Origin: Bacillota bacterium
Lineage (GTDB): Bacteria > Bacillota_I > Bacilli_A > RF39 > UBA660
DNA length: 64,000 nt
Direction: 5' to 3'
NCBI GenBank assembly: GCA_015059365.1
Contig: SVAO01000002.1
Span: 5,621-69,620, forward strand
The notes under the pieces were generated by a model. It saw only the letters and a program-made list of their open reading frames with translations. It did not search any database and had not been told where the DNA came from. The position numbers were made by a program, and so were the translations under genes. Position 1 is the first letter of the stretch. The number at the start of each line of letters is the position of its first letter. Positions 29,883 to 40,450 of the stretch are shown piece after piece.

Positions 29883-31838
29883 TTATTCTTGCTTTACAGT
29901 TGGAATAATATCATCTAGTGGAGTGCTAGAAAGAGTAGGTTCTGTTCCTTTAATGTAATAAATAATTTTTTTGTGTTTTGAATTATTAGTGGCTAGTTTA
30001 CCAGATATTGGGTCTACTAAAACACCTACAACATTATTAGGAGTTGTATACCAATTATCTTCTTTTCCTTTTAAACAACCTTCTATAGTTTCTAGCCAAA
30101 TGTTTCTTGAAATTTTAATGTCTTCAGTAGGAGTTCCCCTGTTGTCATCATATCCGGTCCAAACTCCCACTATTAAATCTTTGTTATAACCAAATATTAA
30201 TCTGTCGCCTATAGTAGTTCCTGTTTTAACGGCGTATTTTTTAGTCATTTTTGAAGCATAACTAACCATGGTAGGATAATTATAATCTATCATGTCACTA
30301 GAATAAGTATTGGCAAGCATTTCATTTAAAACATAAACAATGCTTTTATTTAAAATGTTTTCTTTAACTTCATCTGCTTTATATAAAATATTTCCATCTT
30401 TATCCTCAACCCGATTAATTAGGTGAGGTTCAACCTTATACCCTTCATTGGCAAAAGCTGCATAAGCTTGTGTCATTTCAATTAAATTTATTTCCATTGA
30501 ACCTAATGCCAGGGAAGGAACTGGTAATAGTTCATTATCTATTCCAACACGTTTTGCCATATCAACAAGTGTTTCTTCTCCTAAAAACAAGTGTGTTTTA
30601 ACAGCATAAATATTATCAGAATATGCAAGAGCAGCAGTCATAGTTATGGGTTTATCTGCATAAACTTCGCCATAGTTACTTGGACTATAAGTTTTATTTT
30701 CTGAAAACGTAAATATTGTTTTTTCGCTTGTAAAGGTCGTGGTTGGAGTAAATCCATTTTCTAGTGCTGCATAATAAAGAAGAGGTTTCATAGTTGAACC
30801 AACTTGCCTATTGGAATTAATGGCACGATTATATTGACTTATTTGATAATCTCTACCACCAGTTAAAGCAATAATTTGACCATTATTAGGATTCATAACT
30901 ACACCAGCAACTTGAATATCTTGATTTTGTTTAGTATTTTCTTTAACACTTTCATCTAGGATTGTTTGTGCATTAATATCTAAATAAGTATAAATTTTAA
31001 GACCGCCAGTTTCTAAAAAAGAAGTCGGAATAGTTTTAATACTTTTTAATTCTGCTAAAACCGCATCTTGATAGTACATTATTGAAGAAACATTATTAGA
31101 AACCGATTCTCCAACATAAGTAAGCGTTGTATTATAAGCACGATCTGCTTCTTCTTGAGTGATATAGTGATTTTTAACCATCGCATTTAAAATGATTTTT
31201 TGCCTTTTTTTAGCAGCGACTTCATCCACTAATGGTGAATAATTAGAAGGACTTTTAGGAATCCCTGCTAACATACTAGCCTCGGCTAATGTAAGTTCTT
31301 TGGAATTTTTATTAAAATAGTAATTACTGGCATCTTCTATCCCAAATATTCCACCATAATTAATTGTATTTAAATATCCTTCTAAAATGTCATCTTTACT
31401 ATAATGCGTCTCTAATCTCAAAGTTAACCACGCTTCTTCAATTTTTCTATTCCATGTTTTATCAAATGTTAAAAATAAATTTTTAGCGTATTGTTGAGTT
31501 ATAGTAGATGCTCCTTGTAAAGTTTTCCCATTAATAATATTTATATATAACGCTTTTAAAATTCTTAAAAAATCAAAACCTTGATGATTATAAAAATTTT
31601 TATCTTCAATCGCTATGGTAGCATTTATTAAATGATCAGAAATATTATCTAAAGAAACCCAAGATTCCTTACTAGGATTATAAGTTTGTTCGTTTATATC
31701 ATAAAACACATATTTATTTGCTTCTTTAATGGTTAGTTTAGGAGTCAGTCGTGCAACAAAATAAAGCCCACCATAAACAAATATACCAAACACCATCATA
31801 ATTAATAAAAATCTTATGTATTTCTTTATTTTCTTCAT
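29883..31838 (-). CDS. Class A penicillin-binding protein (glycosyltransferase GT51 + transpeptidase)
   Basis: Start taken at MKKIKKY (ATG 31838), not ORF-track 31943; EDKNFYNHQGFD, GASTITQQ, STMKP, SDN, KTGTT motifs. Confidence 0.9.
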   Translation of the reverse strand: MKKIKKYIRFLLIMMVFGIFVYGGLYFVARLTPKLTIKEANKYVFYDINEQTYNPSKESWVSLDNISDHLINATIAIEDKNFYNHQGFDFLRILKALYINIINGKTLQGASTITQQYAKNLFLTFDKTWNRKIEEAWLTLRLETHYSKDDILEGYLNTINYGGIFGIEDASNYYFNKNSKELTLAEASMLAGIPKSPSNYSPLVDEVAAKKRQKIILNAMVKNHYITQEEADRAYNTTLTYVGESVSNNVSSIMYYQDAVLAELKSIKTIPTSFLETGGLKIYTYLDINAQTILDESVKENTKQNQDIQVAGVVMNPNNGQIIALTGGRDYQISQYNRAINSNRQVGSTMKPLLYYAALENGFTPTTTFTSEKTIFTFSENKTYSPSNYGEVYADKPITMTAALAYSDNIYAVKTHLFLGEETLVDMAKRVGIDNELLPVPSLALGSMEINLIEMTQAYAAFANEGYKVEPHLINRVEDKDGNILYKADEVKENILNKSIVYVLNEMLANTYSSDMIDYNYPTMVSYASKMTKKYAVKTGTTIGDRLIFGYNKDLIVGVWTGYDDNRGTPTEDIKISRNIWLETIEGCLKGKEDNWYTTPNNVVGVLVDPISGKLATNNSKHKKIIYYIKGTEPTLSSTPLDDIIPTVKQE

Positions 31839-31959
31839 AGATATCACGCATCCTATGTTTATTATTAATAAATTTATAAAAAATATTAATAAATTATAAA
31901 AAAAGTATAAAAATAATTTAATGTGTGTTATAATTACAATCAAAAAAGGAGTTGTAATT

Positions 31960-32337
31960 GTGGCTAAGATTAAATGTGTAGTAAATTTAAAAGAAAACGA
32001 TAATATTATTTTTGCGGATAAAAGATTCTATGGAATAAAAACCAACAATAAAATAAGCTATCAAGAAGAAGATGTAATAGTAGCAATTTTCATAAATGAT
32101 AATAAAATATTGATGAAAAGAGTTAAAGAAGATTCTAAGATATTATTAGAATTTGAAGAAAATGTTTGTACTATAGGAAAATATTTTATTAATAATGACA
32201 ATTTATGGTTGCCTTTAGATATATTTACTGATAAAATCTTAGTTGATGATTCTTATATGAGAATTGCATATAATATTAAATTAGACAACGAGCCTACAAA
32301 ATTCTTGTTTGAAATCAGATATGAGGTGGAACAATGA
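31960..32337 (+). CDS. DUF1934 (YwiB-like) beta-barrel protein
   Basis: GTG 31960 after AAAGGAG; small protein immediately upstream of and overlapping argS, as ywiB-argS in Bacillus. Confidence 0.55.
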   Translation: MAKIKCVVNLKENDNIIFADKRFYGIKTNNKISYQEEDVIVAIFINDNKILMKRVKEDSKILLEFEENVCTIGKYFINNDNLWLPLDIFTDKILVDDSYMRIAYNIKLDNEPTKFLFEIRYEVEQ

Positions 32338-34019
32338 ACATAAAAGAAGAAATAAAAAATTTAGTTTATAAAGTTTTAGAAAACCATGTAAATAAAGAAG
32401 ATATTGTAATTGAGTATCCAAAGGATAGAAAAATGGGTGATTATGCACTTCCTTGTTTTACTTATGCGAAAGTACTTCATAAAGCACCAGTAGCTATTGC
32501 TAATGAATTGAAGGAAGCTTTAAATTCCGATTTGTTTGAAAAAGTTGAAGTAGTTAATGGCTATGTAAATGTTTTTATTAATAAGAAAAATTTAACAAAG
32601 AATATTATTAATGAAATAATTACAAATAAAGAAAATTTTGGTAATAGTGACATCGGAGAAGGGAAAACGATTGTTATAGATTATTCTTCGCCAAATATCG
32701 CGAAGCCCTTTGGTGTGGGACATTTAAGAAGTACTGTAATTGGTAATGCTTTAAGAAATATCGCTATTAAAAACGGATATAAAGTGATAAGCATAAATTA
32801 TTTAGGAGATTGGGGAACTCAATTTGGAAAGTTAGTTTATGCTTATAAAAACTGGGGAAATGAAGAGGCTGTACGTAAAAATCCAATTGATGAATTAAAA
32901 AGACTTTATGTTAAATTTCATGAAGAAGCAGAAAAGAATCCTAGTTTAGATGATGAGGGAAGAAGAGCTTTTAAATTGTTAGAAGACAAAGATCCAGAAT
33001 CACTTAGTATTTGGAAATGGTTTAGTGATGAATCAATAAAAGAATTTAATAAGACATATGAATTATTAGGTATTAATAATTTTGATTCTTGGCAAGGAGA
33101 ATCGTTCTATAATGATAAAATGGATAGAGTAGTTGATGAATTGATAGCTAAAAACCTTTTAGAAGAAAGTGAAGGGGCTATGATTGTTAACTTAGAAGGG
33201 GATATTGCACCAGCACTAATTAAAAGAAGTGATGGAGCTACATTATATATTACCCGTGATTTAGCAGCTGCAATATATAGAAAAGAAACATATAATTTCG
33301 ATGAGGCTTTATATGTTGTAGGAAATGAACAAACTCTTCATTTTAATCAATTAAAACAAGTTTTAGGTAAACTTGGATATGATTGGAATAAAAATGTACA
33401 TCATATTCCGTTTGGTATGATTTTACAAAATGGTAAAAAGATGTCTACTCGTCAAGGAAAAAGTGTTAAATTACATGATGTATTGTTAGAAGCAATTGGA
33501 TTAGCTAAACAATATATTGATGAGAGAAATGGCGACATTGAAGACAAGGAAAATATTAGTCATAAAATTGGTGTAGGTGCGGTAATATTTAATGATTTAA
33601 AAAATTATCGTACTAATGACATAGAATTTAATTTAGAAGATATACTAAAATTTGAAGGGGAAACTGGACCATATATTCAGTATACTTATGCTAGAATTAT
33701 GTCTTTATTAAATAATAGACAGGATATTACTATTAATTTTGATGAAATTGCTATTAATGAATATGAATGGTATTTAATCTTTAAATTAAATCAATTTAAA
33801 GATACAATAATTTCTTCAAAAGCAAATTACGACCCTTCTTTGATTGCTAAATATTTAATAGACATTTCTCAAGATTTTAATAAATGGTATGCAAATGAAA
33901 AATTTATTGATGAGAACATAGTTCAAACACAATCTCGTCTTTTGATAGCTTATGCAACATCGATTGTATTAAAAGAAGGAATGCGTCTTCTTGGTATAGA
34001 TGCACTTAATAAAATGTAG
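32334..34019 (+). CDS. argS: Arginyl-tRNA synthetase
   Basis: 561 aa; SSPNIAKPFGVGHLRS (HIGH-region), MSTRQGK (KMSK-like), C-terminal anticodon-binding domain ending in M. Confidence 0.95.
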   Translation: MNIKEEIKNLVYKVLENHVNKEDIVIEYPKDRKMGDYALPCFTYAKVLHKAPVAIANELKEALNSDLFEKVEVVNGYVNVFINKKNLTKNIINEIITNKENFGNSDIGEGKTIVIDYSSPNIAKPFGVGHLRSTVIGNALRNIAIKNGYKVISINYLGDWGTQFGKLVYAYKNWGNEEAVRKNPIDELKRLYVKFHEEAEKNPSLDDEGRRAFKLLEDKDPESLSIWKWFSDESIKEFNKTYELLGINNFDSWQGESFYNDKMDRVVDELIAKNLLEESEGAMIVNLEGDIAPALIKRSDGATLYITRDLAAAIYRKETYNFDEALYVVGNEQTLHFNQLKQVLGKLGYDWNKNVHHIPFGMILQNGKKMSTRQGKSVKLHDVLLEAIGLAKQYIDERNGDIEDKENISHKIGVGAVIFNDLKNYRTNDIEFNLEDILKFEGETGPYIQYTYARIMSLLNNRQDITINFDEIAINEYEWYLIFKLNQFKDTIISSKANYDPSLIAKYLIDISQDFNKWYANEKFIDENIVQTQSRLLIAYATSIVLKEGMRLLGIDALNKM

Positions 34020-34028
34020 GAGGCCCAT

Positions 34029-34475
34029 ATGAAATTAAAAAATATGAAATTAGAAGAATTAGAATTACTTTCTTATTCGGATTTAACTTATAAAATTTTA
34101 AAAGAGGAAAAAAGGACTATGAATACTGCAACAGTATTTCATAAAATTTGTGATTTGTTAGGTTATTCAGAGGATGATTTTTCTTCTAAAATAGGAGACT
34201 ATTATACATCTTTAAATAATGATAAACGTTTTGTTATGTTAGATAATGGTGAATGGGATGTAAGAGATAATCACGCTATAGATTTATCTTTAGATGAAGA
34301 TGATGATGAATTGATTTCTGATGAAGAAGAAAATGAAGAAGAAATTGATGAAATTGAAGAAGTAGTAGATGAAGAAGAAATCGATTCTGTTGTTGAAGAT
34401 GATGATTTAGATGATGACGATGATTTAGAAGATCTTGCAATATTAGATGAAGATGAATTAGAAGAAACTGAATAA
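34029..34475 (+). CDS. rpoE: DNA-directed RNA polymerase delta subunit
   Basis: N-terminal HARE-HTH-like domain (ELLSYSDLTYKILKE ... GEWDVRDNH) followed by long Asp/Glu tail. Confidence 0.85.
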   Translation: MKLKNMKLEELELLSYSDLTYKILKEEKRTMNTATVFHKICDLLGYSEDDFSSKIGDYYTSLNNDKRFVMLDNGEWDVRDNHAIDLSLDEDDDELISDEEENEEEIDEIEEVVDEEEIDSVVEDDDLDDDDDLEDLAILDEDELEETE

Positions 34476-34497
34476 TAGCGGGTTATCCGCTTTTTTT
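34476..34497 (+). terminator. Rho-independent terminator after rpoE
   Basis: AGCGG-gttat-CCGCT plus T7. Confidence 0.7.
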
Positions 34498-34573
34498 AGT
34501 TTAAATATTCTAAAAAAATTGCTAAAAAAATATATTTATAGTATAATCTAGATTAGTCGAAAGGAAGATTTTT

Positions 34574-35629
34574 GTGATAGAAAGATTAGAGGCAATAGAA
34601 ACAAGATATAATGAATTAACAGATTTATTAACGGAGCCTGAAATAATTTCAAATATTAAAAAAACTTTAGAACTAACTAAGGAACAAGCATCATTACGAG
34701 AAGGCTATGAAGTATATGTAAAATATAAAAAGTTGTTAGATGATATTGAAGCGGCAAAAGAAATGAGCAAAGATCCGGATATGGTAGAGTTTGCTCGGGA
34801 AGAATTAGAAACTTTAAATAGTTTAAAACAAGAAATTGAACAAGAAATAGAGATAATTTTACTTCCAAAAGATCCTAATGATGGAAAAAATGTTATTGTG
34901 GAAATTAGGGGTGCTGCAGGAGGCGATGAGGCTAATATATTCGCTGGAGATTTATATCGTATGTATTCAAGATATGCTGAAAAGCAAGGATGGAAAACAG
35001 AGATTTTGGACAGCGAAGATTGTGCGGCTGGTGGATTTTCTCAAATCGAATTTATGATTAAGGGCGATAATGTTTATTCTAAATTAAAATATGAGTCTGG
35101 AGCACATAGAGTACAAAGAGTACCTGTGACTGAAGCAAATGGTAGAATTCAAACATCTACTGCTACAGTTTTAGTAATGCCAGAGGCAGAAGAATTAGAT
35201 TTTGAATTAGATATGTCAGAAGTTAGAATTGATATTACACGTTCTTCTGGTTGTGGTGGCCAAGGTGTAAATACAACTGATTCAGCAGTTCGCCTAACTC
35301 ATATTCCAACAGGAGTTATAGTTTATTCACAAACTGAAAGAAGTCAAATAAAAAATAAAGAAAAAGCTATTCAAATTTTAAAGACAAGACTTTATGATTT
35401 AAAATTACGTGAAAAGGAAGAAGCAGAGGGTGCTGAACGTAGAAGTAAAATAGGTAGTGGAGATAGATCAGAAAAAATAAGGACATATAATTATCCACAA
35501 AACAGGGTGACAGATCATCGTATTGGATTTACCACAAAACAATTAGATCGAGTTATGGATGGAGCCTTAGATGAGGTTATTGAAGCGTTAGTAACGGAAG
35601 ATCAAAATCGTAAACTAAAGGGAGAATAA
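34574..35629 (+). CDS. prfA: Peptide chain release factor 1
   Basis: GTG start; PVT tripeptide (RVPVTEANGRIQTS) and GGQ (SGCGGQGVNTTDSAVR). Confidence 0.95.
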   Translation: MIERLEAIETRYNELTDLLTEPEIISNIKKTLELTKEQASLREGYEVYVKYKKLLDDIEAAKEMSKDPDMVEFAREELETLNSLKQEIEQEIEIILLPKDPNDGKNVIVEIRGAAGGDEANIFAGDLYRMYSRYAEKQGWKTEILDSEDCAAGGFSQIEFMIKGDNVYSKLKYESGAHRVQRVPVTEANGRIQTSTATVLVMPEAEELDFELDMSEVRIDITRSSGCGGQGVNTTDSAVRLTHIPTGVIVYSQTERSQIKNKEKAIQILKTRLYDLKLREKEEAEGAERRSKIGSGDRSEKIRTYNYPQNRVTDHRIGFTTKQLDRVMDGALDEVIEALVTEDQNRKLKGE

Positions 35630-35689
35630 TTATTTTGATATAGAGAGTGATGAAAATCATAGTATCATAAACTGAAAATTCAATAAAAA

Positions 35690-35713
35690 AGAAAATCAGA
35701 AACTTGATTTTCT
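35690..35713. terminator. Bidirectional terminator between prfA and convergent LOG-family gene
   Basis: AGAAAATCA-gaaact-TGATTTTCT flanked by A-run / T-run. Confidence 0.7.
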
Positions 35714-35716
35714 TTT

Positions 35717-36256
35717 TTAGTTTTTAAGACTATTAATATAGTTTATTGCATCCTCAATATTATTTGATACATGATAATAATCTCTAACATTAATTGAAGT
35801 AAATTTTTCTGTATACATTTTTTCTAATAAAGAAATTATTGAATCAAAATAATTACAAGAATTATATATAATTATAGGTTTGTCAAAATCTTTAGCTCTT
35901 TTTCCTTCAAGAGCGGCAAATAATTCATAAAGGGTTCCTATTCCGCCTGGAAGAAAAACAATAGCGTCACATAATTCTGTCAACATATCATTTCTTTCGC
36001 TTATATTTTTAACTGTAAATTCTGAATTACATTCTATAAGTTCAAGCTCCTCTCGGTATCCTTCAGGACAAACACCTACAATATTTCTGTCAAAATCTTT
36101 AGCAATTTTATATGATAGGCCCATTAAACCTTTATTGTTTGCTCCATACATTAATTCATGATTGTATTTAAAAATTTCTGTTAGAAAATTTTTGCAATCA
36201 ATAAAGTATTTTTCTGGGATATCATTGCTAGCTGCTGAAGCTATGAAAAGTTTCAT
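35717..36256 (-). CDS. LOG / TIGR00730-family Rossmann-fold nucleotide-binding protein
   Basis: PGGIGTLYELF (PGGxGTxxE) motif, 179 aa. Confidence 0.8.
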   Translation of the reverse strand: MKLFIASAASNDIPEKYFIDCKNFLTEIFKYNHELMYGANNKGLMGLSYKIAKDFDRNIVGVCPEGYREELELIECNSEFTVKNISERNDMLTELCDAIVFLPGGIGTLYELFAALEGKRAKDFDKPIIIYNSCNYFDSIISLLEKMYTEKFTSINVRDYYHVSNNIEDAINYINSLKN

Positions 36257-36371
36257 TTGTAACCTCCTTCTATGCTGATAATTATATTATATCAATTTAT
36301 ATATAAAAAAACAATTGTATATCTATTAACCTTAGATTAATAAGAACATATAATAAATCAGGAGGTTTTAT

Positions 36372-36617
36372 ATGTTTAATTTTTCAGATAGTTTTTTTAA
36401 TAAGGTGGAAAAGAAAACAAATGTTGGAAAGGAAACAATTCTTAATCTTGCCGCCAAATTACAACAATCAGATTTAAAAAATGAGGCAACTTTGCGTGAA
36501 GTTATTCAAGAACTAGGAAAGATGACTGGGAAAGAGGTTTCTAAAGATAAAGAAGATAAGATTGTGAAAGCTGTTGTTGATGATAAAGTACCAAAAGACA
36601 TTAACGGGATGTTTTAA
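36372..36617 (+). CDS. Stage VI sporulation protein F-like
   Basis: 81 aa; KTNVGKETILNLA ... GKEVSKDKEDKIVKAVVDDKVPKD resembles SpoVIF (recollection-based). Confidence 0.6.
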   Translation: MFNFSDSFFNKVEKKTNVGKETILNLAAKLQQSDLKNEATLREVIQELGKMTGKEVSKDKEDKIVKAVVDDKVPKDINGMF

Positions 36618-36695
36618 TGACAATTAAATGTAAAATTTTAGTGATTTTTATTTAAGACGTTAGATTTTTGTGGTAGAATAATAATAGGTGGTAAT

Positions 36696-37295
36696 ATGGA
36701 TAGACAAAGTAGGGTGCAAGAATTTATAACGATATTAGAAACTTTATCGTCTAATATAATAACCGAGCCGTATAAAATTAGTGAAGAACATTTAAAAAAA
36801 TTAGAAAATGATATTATCCATTATATTAATGAAAATTATCCGTCTATTATATTTACCGAAGAAGAGAAACATGAATTAGCAACTGCAATTGAAACTGTTT
36901 ATCAAGACAGACATTTAAATTTAAAAAACCAAATTGATAAAAATATAGGGTCAATGAAATACAGTTTGGAGGATGAAAATGCAGATGTTGTTAAAATTAT
37001 TGAGGAAGAAATAAGCAAGTGTAAGACTTTATTTGATAGTGTTAGGCGTGGAACTAATTTTAGTTATTTAGGATTGGTAGATAAGTGTACACAGAATGTC
37101 ATGAGACTGTTAATTAGAAAGAATACATCAATATCCTTTGCTAAAAGAACGGGAGAAGTTAGTAAATATGTTTATGATTTAATTAATACTAGTTTCTTTA
37201 AAATTATGGATGAAATGGGTAACTATTTTATTCATAACGAAATAATTCCGATAAAAGAGGAATTTAAATTAGAAAATATAGATAAGAAGAAATAA
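36696..37295 (+). CDS. Hypothetical 199-aa soluble, predicted helical protein
   Basis: ORF with AGGTGG RBS; no motif recognised. Confidence 0.45.
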   Translation: MDRQSRVQEFITILETLSSNIITEPYKISEEHLKKLENDIIHYINENYPSIIFTEEEKHELATAIETVYQDRHLNLKNQIDKNIGSMKYSLEDENADVVKIIEEEISKCKTLFDSVRRGTNFSYLGLVDKCTQNVMRLLIRKNTSISFAKRTGEVSKYVYDLINTSFFKIMDEMGNYFIHNEIIPIKEEFKLENIDKKK

Positions 37296-37383
37296 GATAG
37301 AAGAATTTTTTTAAATTCTTTTTTTGCATAACTATAAATTTTTTTTCATATAGTTTAATGAATTAGAGGAAAGTAGGGATTAT

Positions 37384-38859
37384 ATGGAAAAACAAGAAAT
37401 TATAAAAAGTATTACTGAAAGAACAGGTGGAGATTTATATCTAGGAGTTGTTGGGGCAGTAAGAACTGGTAAGTCAACATTTATAAAGAAGTTTATTGAA
37501 AATTTAGTGGTTCCAAATATTCTTGATGAATATGAAAAAAAACGTGCATTAGATGAAATTCCTCAAAGTGCACAAGGGAAAACTATAATGACAACAGAAC
37601 CAAAGTTTGTTCCAAGTAATGCAGCAAACATTAAAATAGATGATTTTACTACCAATGTACGTTTAGTAGATTGTGTTGGGTATGTTATCCCAGATGCTAA
37701 AGGATATGAAGATGATTCTGGACCTAGGATGGTAAAAACACCATGGTATGATGATGAAATACCTTTTGTTGAAGCAGCTGAAATAGGAACAGAAAAAGTT
37801 ATCAAAGATCATTCTAGTATAGGAATAGTGGTAACCACTGATGGGTCAATCGGTGAAATTGCTCGTTCTAGTTATATAGAAGCAGAAGAACGTATTGTAA
37901 GTGAATTAAAAGAAATAGGGAAACCATTTATTGTACTTTTAAACTCAACTCATCCGATGCTTCCAGAAACAGAAAGAATGGCAGAAAATCTCCGTGATTC
38001 TTATGGAGTTCCGGTGTTACCGATAAGTGTAGAAAACATGTCAGAAAGAGACATTTATGCGATTTTAAGAGAGGCTTTATATGAGTTTCCAGTATTAGAA
38101 GTAAAAGTAGATATGCCAGAGTGGATAGCGTGCTTGTCACCTAATAATTGGTTAAAGAAAATATATATTGATAAAATTAAAGAAAGTGTAATTGAAATTG
38201 ATAAATTAAGGGATGTTGAACATATTACTAAACATTTTAGTGATTGTGAATACATAAGCAAGGCATATTTATCTGACGTTGATACTTCCACAGGAGAAGT
38301 AACTGTAACTCTGCAAGCCCCAGGAAATTTATATAATAGAGTTTTAAAAGATATAATTGGGGTAGATATTTCTAGTAAATCACAACTTTTACGTTTATTT
38401 CAAGATTATAATGAAGCAAAATTGGAATATGATCAAATTAAAACGGCACTAAAGATGGTTAAAACGACTGGGTATGGAGTTGCATCTCCTACGTTATCTG
38501 ACATGAAGTTAGACACACCGGAAATATTAAAACAAGGTAGTAGATATGGAATTAAATTAAAGGCAATGGCTCCATCGATACATATGATTAGGGTGGACGT
38601 TGAGAGTACTTTTGAACCAATTATCGGTTCAGAGATGCAAAGTAAAGAATTGATAAACTATATAATGAAAGATTATGACAATGATCCTTCAAGTATCTGG
38701 AAGAGTGAAATATTTGGTCGTAGTTTAGATGTCATTGTAAAAGAGGGAATCCAAGCAAAACTATCAATGCTTCCTGAAAACGCACGTTATAAATTACAAC
38801 AAACTCTTTCTAAATTAGTTAATCGTGGTTCTGGAAATTTATTTGCAATAGTGTTATAA
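37384..38859 (+). CDS. spoIVA: Stage IV sporulation protein A (spore coat basement-layer ATPase)
   Basis: ITERTGGDLYLGVVGAVRTGKSTFIKKF Walker A N-terminus and full-length 491 aa SpoIVA pattern. Confidence 0.95.
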   Translation: MEKQEIIKSITERTGGDLYLGVVGAVRTGKSTFIKKFIENLVVPNILDEYEKKRALDEIPQSAQGKTIMTTEPKFVPSNAANIKIDDFTTNVRLVDCVGYVIPDAKGYEDDSGPRMVKTPWYDDEIPFVEAAEIGTEKVIKDHSSIGIVVTTDGSIGEIARSSYIEAEERIVSELKEIGKPFIVLLNSTHPMLPETERMAENLRDSYGVPVLPISVENMSERDIYAILREALYEFPVLEVKVDMPEWIACLSPNNWLKKIYIDKIKESVIEIDKLRDVEHITKHFSDCEYISKAYLSDVDTSTGEVTVTLQAPGNLYNRVLKDIIGVDISSKSQLLRLFQDYNEAKLEYDQIKTALKMVKTTGYGVASPTLSDMKLDTPEILKQGSRYGIKLKAMAPSIHMIRVDVESTFEPIIGSEMQSKELINYIMKDYDNDPSSIWKSEIFGRSLDVIVKEGIQAKLSMLPENARYKLQQTLSKLVNRGSGNLFAIVL

Positions 38860-39001
38860 GAATCAAAGGAACTATTACTAAACTTTCATAAATAAAACAT
38901 TTAATAGGTAAAAAAATAACAAAATATATTGATTTTATTATTGAAACATGGTATCCTTTAATTGTAAGCAAGATAGCTTACTGATTATAGGAGGTATGAA
39001 C

Positions 39002-39274
39002 ATGTCAAAAACAGAATTAGTTAACTACATTGCAGAAGAAGCAGGGTTAACAAAAGCAGATGCATCTCGTGCTTTAGAAGCAATGATGAATGGTGTTATT
39101 AAAGGATTAAAATCAGAAGGTAAAGTAACTTTAACAGGTTTCTGTACTTTTACTGCTAAAAAGAAAGAAGCAAAAGATGGACGTAATCCTAGAACTGGGG
39201 AAACTGTTAAAATCCCAGCTAGAGTTGCAGCTACAATTAAAGCAGGTTCTAAATTAAAAGACGCTTTAAACTAA
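39002..39274 (+). CDS. hup: DNA-binding protein HU
   Basis: AGGAGG RBS 7 nt before ATG 39002; MSKTELVNYIAE ... GRNPRTGETVKIPA canonical HU. Confidence 0.93.
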   Translation: MSKTELVNYIAEEAGLTKADASRALEAMMNGVIKGLKSEGKVTLTGFCTFTAKKKEAKDGRNPRTGETVKIPARVAATIKAGSKLKDALN

Positions 39275-39297
39275 GAGGCTTATAGCCTTTTTTTTTG
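39275..39297 (+). terminator. Rho-independent terminator after hup
   Basis: AGGCT-tat-AGCCT plus T9. Confidence 0.7.
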
Positions 39298-39313
39298 GAA
39301 AGATGGGGATAAA

Positions 39314-40420
39314 ATGTATACAACAACATTAAAGTTATTAAAAAAAATTAATGACTGTGGGTTTAAAGCATATGTGGTTGGTGGCTATGTTCGAGATTTA
39401 TATTTAAATCGAAAAAGTGTAGACGTAGATATTTGTACTAATGCGACTCCTCAAGATTTAAAAAATATTTTTGGTGGAGCGATGCTTTCTTCGGTTAATT
39501 ATGGTTCAGTATCTGTTATCTATAATAAAATAAGGTTTGAAATCACAACATTTCGTAAAGAAATAAAATATGAAAATAACAGATTACCTGTAAAAATAAA
39601 GTATATTAATAATTTACTTGATGATTTAAAAAGAAGAGATTTCACTATTAATACGTTATGCATGGATTGTAATGGTGAAATTATTGATCTGCTAGGTTCG
39701 AAAATAGATTTAGATAATAAAGTTATTAAAATGGTTGGTAATCCCAGAAAACGTTTAAAAGAAGATTCGTTAAGGATATTGCGTGCAGTTAGATTTGCTA
39801 CAATTTTAAATTTTTCTATCGAAAGTAATTTAAAAAAATATATTAAAAAATATGGCTATTTACTAAAAAAATTATCTTACTATAGAAAACAAGAAGAACT
39901 TGAAAAAATATTTGTTAGTAAGAATGCAAAATATGGAATAGAGTTGCTAAAGGAACTAAACTTGATCAAGCATTTAGAGTTATCTAACATAGATTCATTA
40001 GTAATTGTACCAAGTATAATAGGAATGTGGGCACAATTAGATATATCTGATGTTTATTCCTTGTCTAAGCATGATAAAAAAATAATTAAAGATATAAAAG
40101 AATTAATAAATTTAGATTTGTATGATCCTAAAGTTTTATATAAATATGGATTATATAGTTGTTCTATTGCAGCAGAAATTTTAAATATTCCTAAAAAGAT
40201 AGTTACGAAGAAATACAACGATTTAGTTATTCACAATAAAGGTGATATAAAAATAAGTGGAAAAGAAATTGCGGAAAGTATTAATAAAGAACCTGGAAAA
40301 CATATTAAAGTAATAATAGAAGATATAGAAATGGCTATTTTAGAAAAAAGAGTGGAAAATGAGTTTTTATCACTGAAAGAATATATTTTAGATAAATATG
40401 CTGATGTACAAAAACAATAA
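39314..40420 (+). CDS. cca: CCA-adding tRNA nucleotidyltransferase
   Basis: YVVGGYVRDLYLNRKSVDVDICT, RRDFTINTL motifs of the poly(A) polymerase/CCA family. Confidence 0.8.
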   Translation: MYTTTLKLLKKINDCGFKAYVVGGYVRDLYLNRKSVDVDICTNATPQDLKNIFGGAMLSSVNYGSVSVIYNKIRFEITTFRKEIKYENNRLPVKIKYINNLLDDLKRRDFTINTLCMDCNGEIIDLLGSKIDLDNKVIKMVGNPRKRLKEDSLRILRAVRFATILNFSIESNLKKYIKKYGYLLKKLSYYRKQEELEKIFVSKNAKYGIELLKELNLIKHLELSNIDSLVIVPSIIGMWAQLDISDVYSLSKHDKKIIKDIKELINLDLYDPKVLYKYGLYSCSIAAEILNIPKKIVTKKYNDLVIHNKGDIKISGKEIAESINKEPGKHIKVIIEDIEMAILEKRVENEFLSLKEYILDKYADVQKQ

Positions 40421-40450
40421 AATGATATATAATTAATGGTGGTGATTACA

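Noticed and set aside
31839-31959. N-terminal extensions of the PBP gene (to 31943, minus strand) and of the DUF1934 gene (from 31921, plus strand).
   Set aside because: The two extensions overlap each other in the divergent promoter gap and encode implausible hydrophobic leaders. The internal starts (ATG 31838 and GTG 31960) fit the family N-termini.
34290-34475. The GAT/GAA-rich repetitive stretch as a possible repeat element or microsatellite.
   Set aside because: It is the normal acidic C-terminal tail of the RNA polymerase delta subunit.
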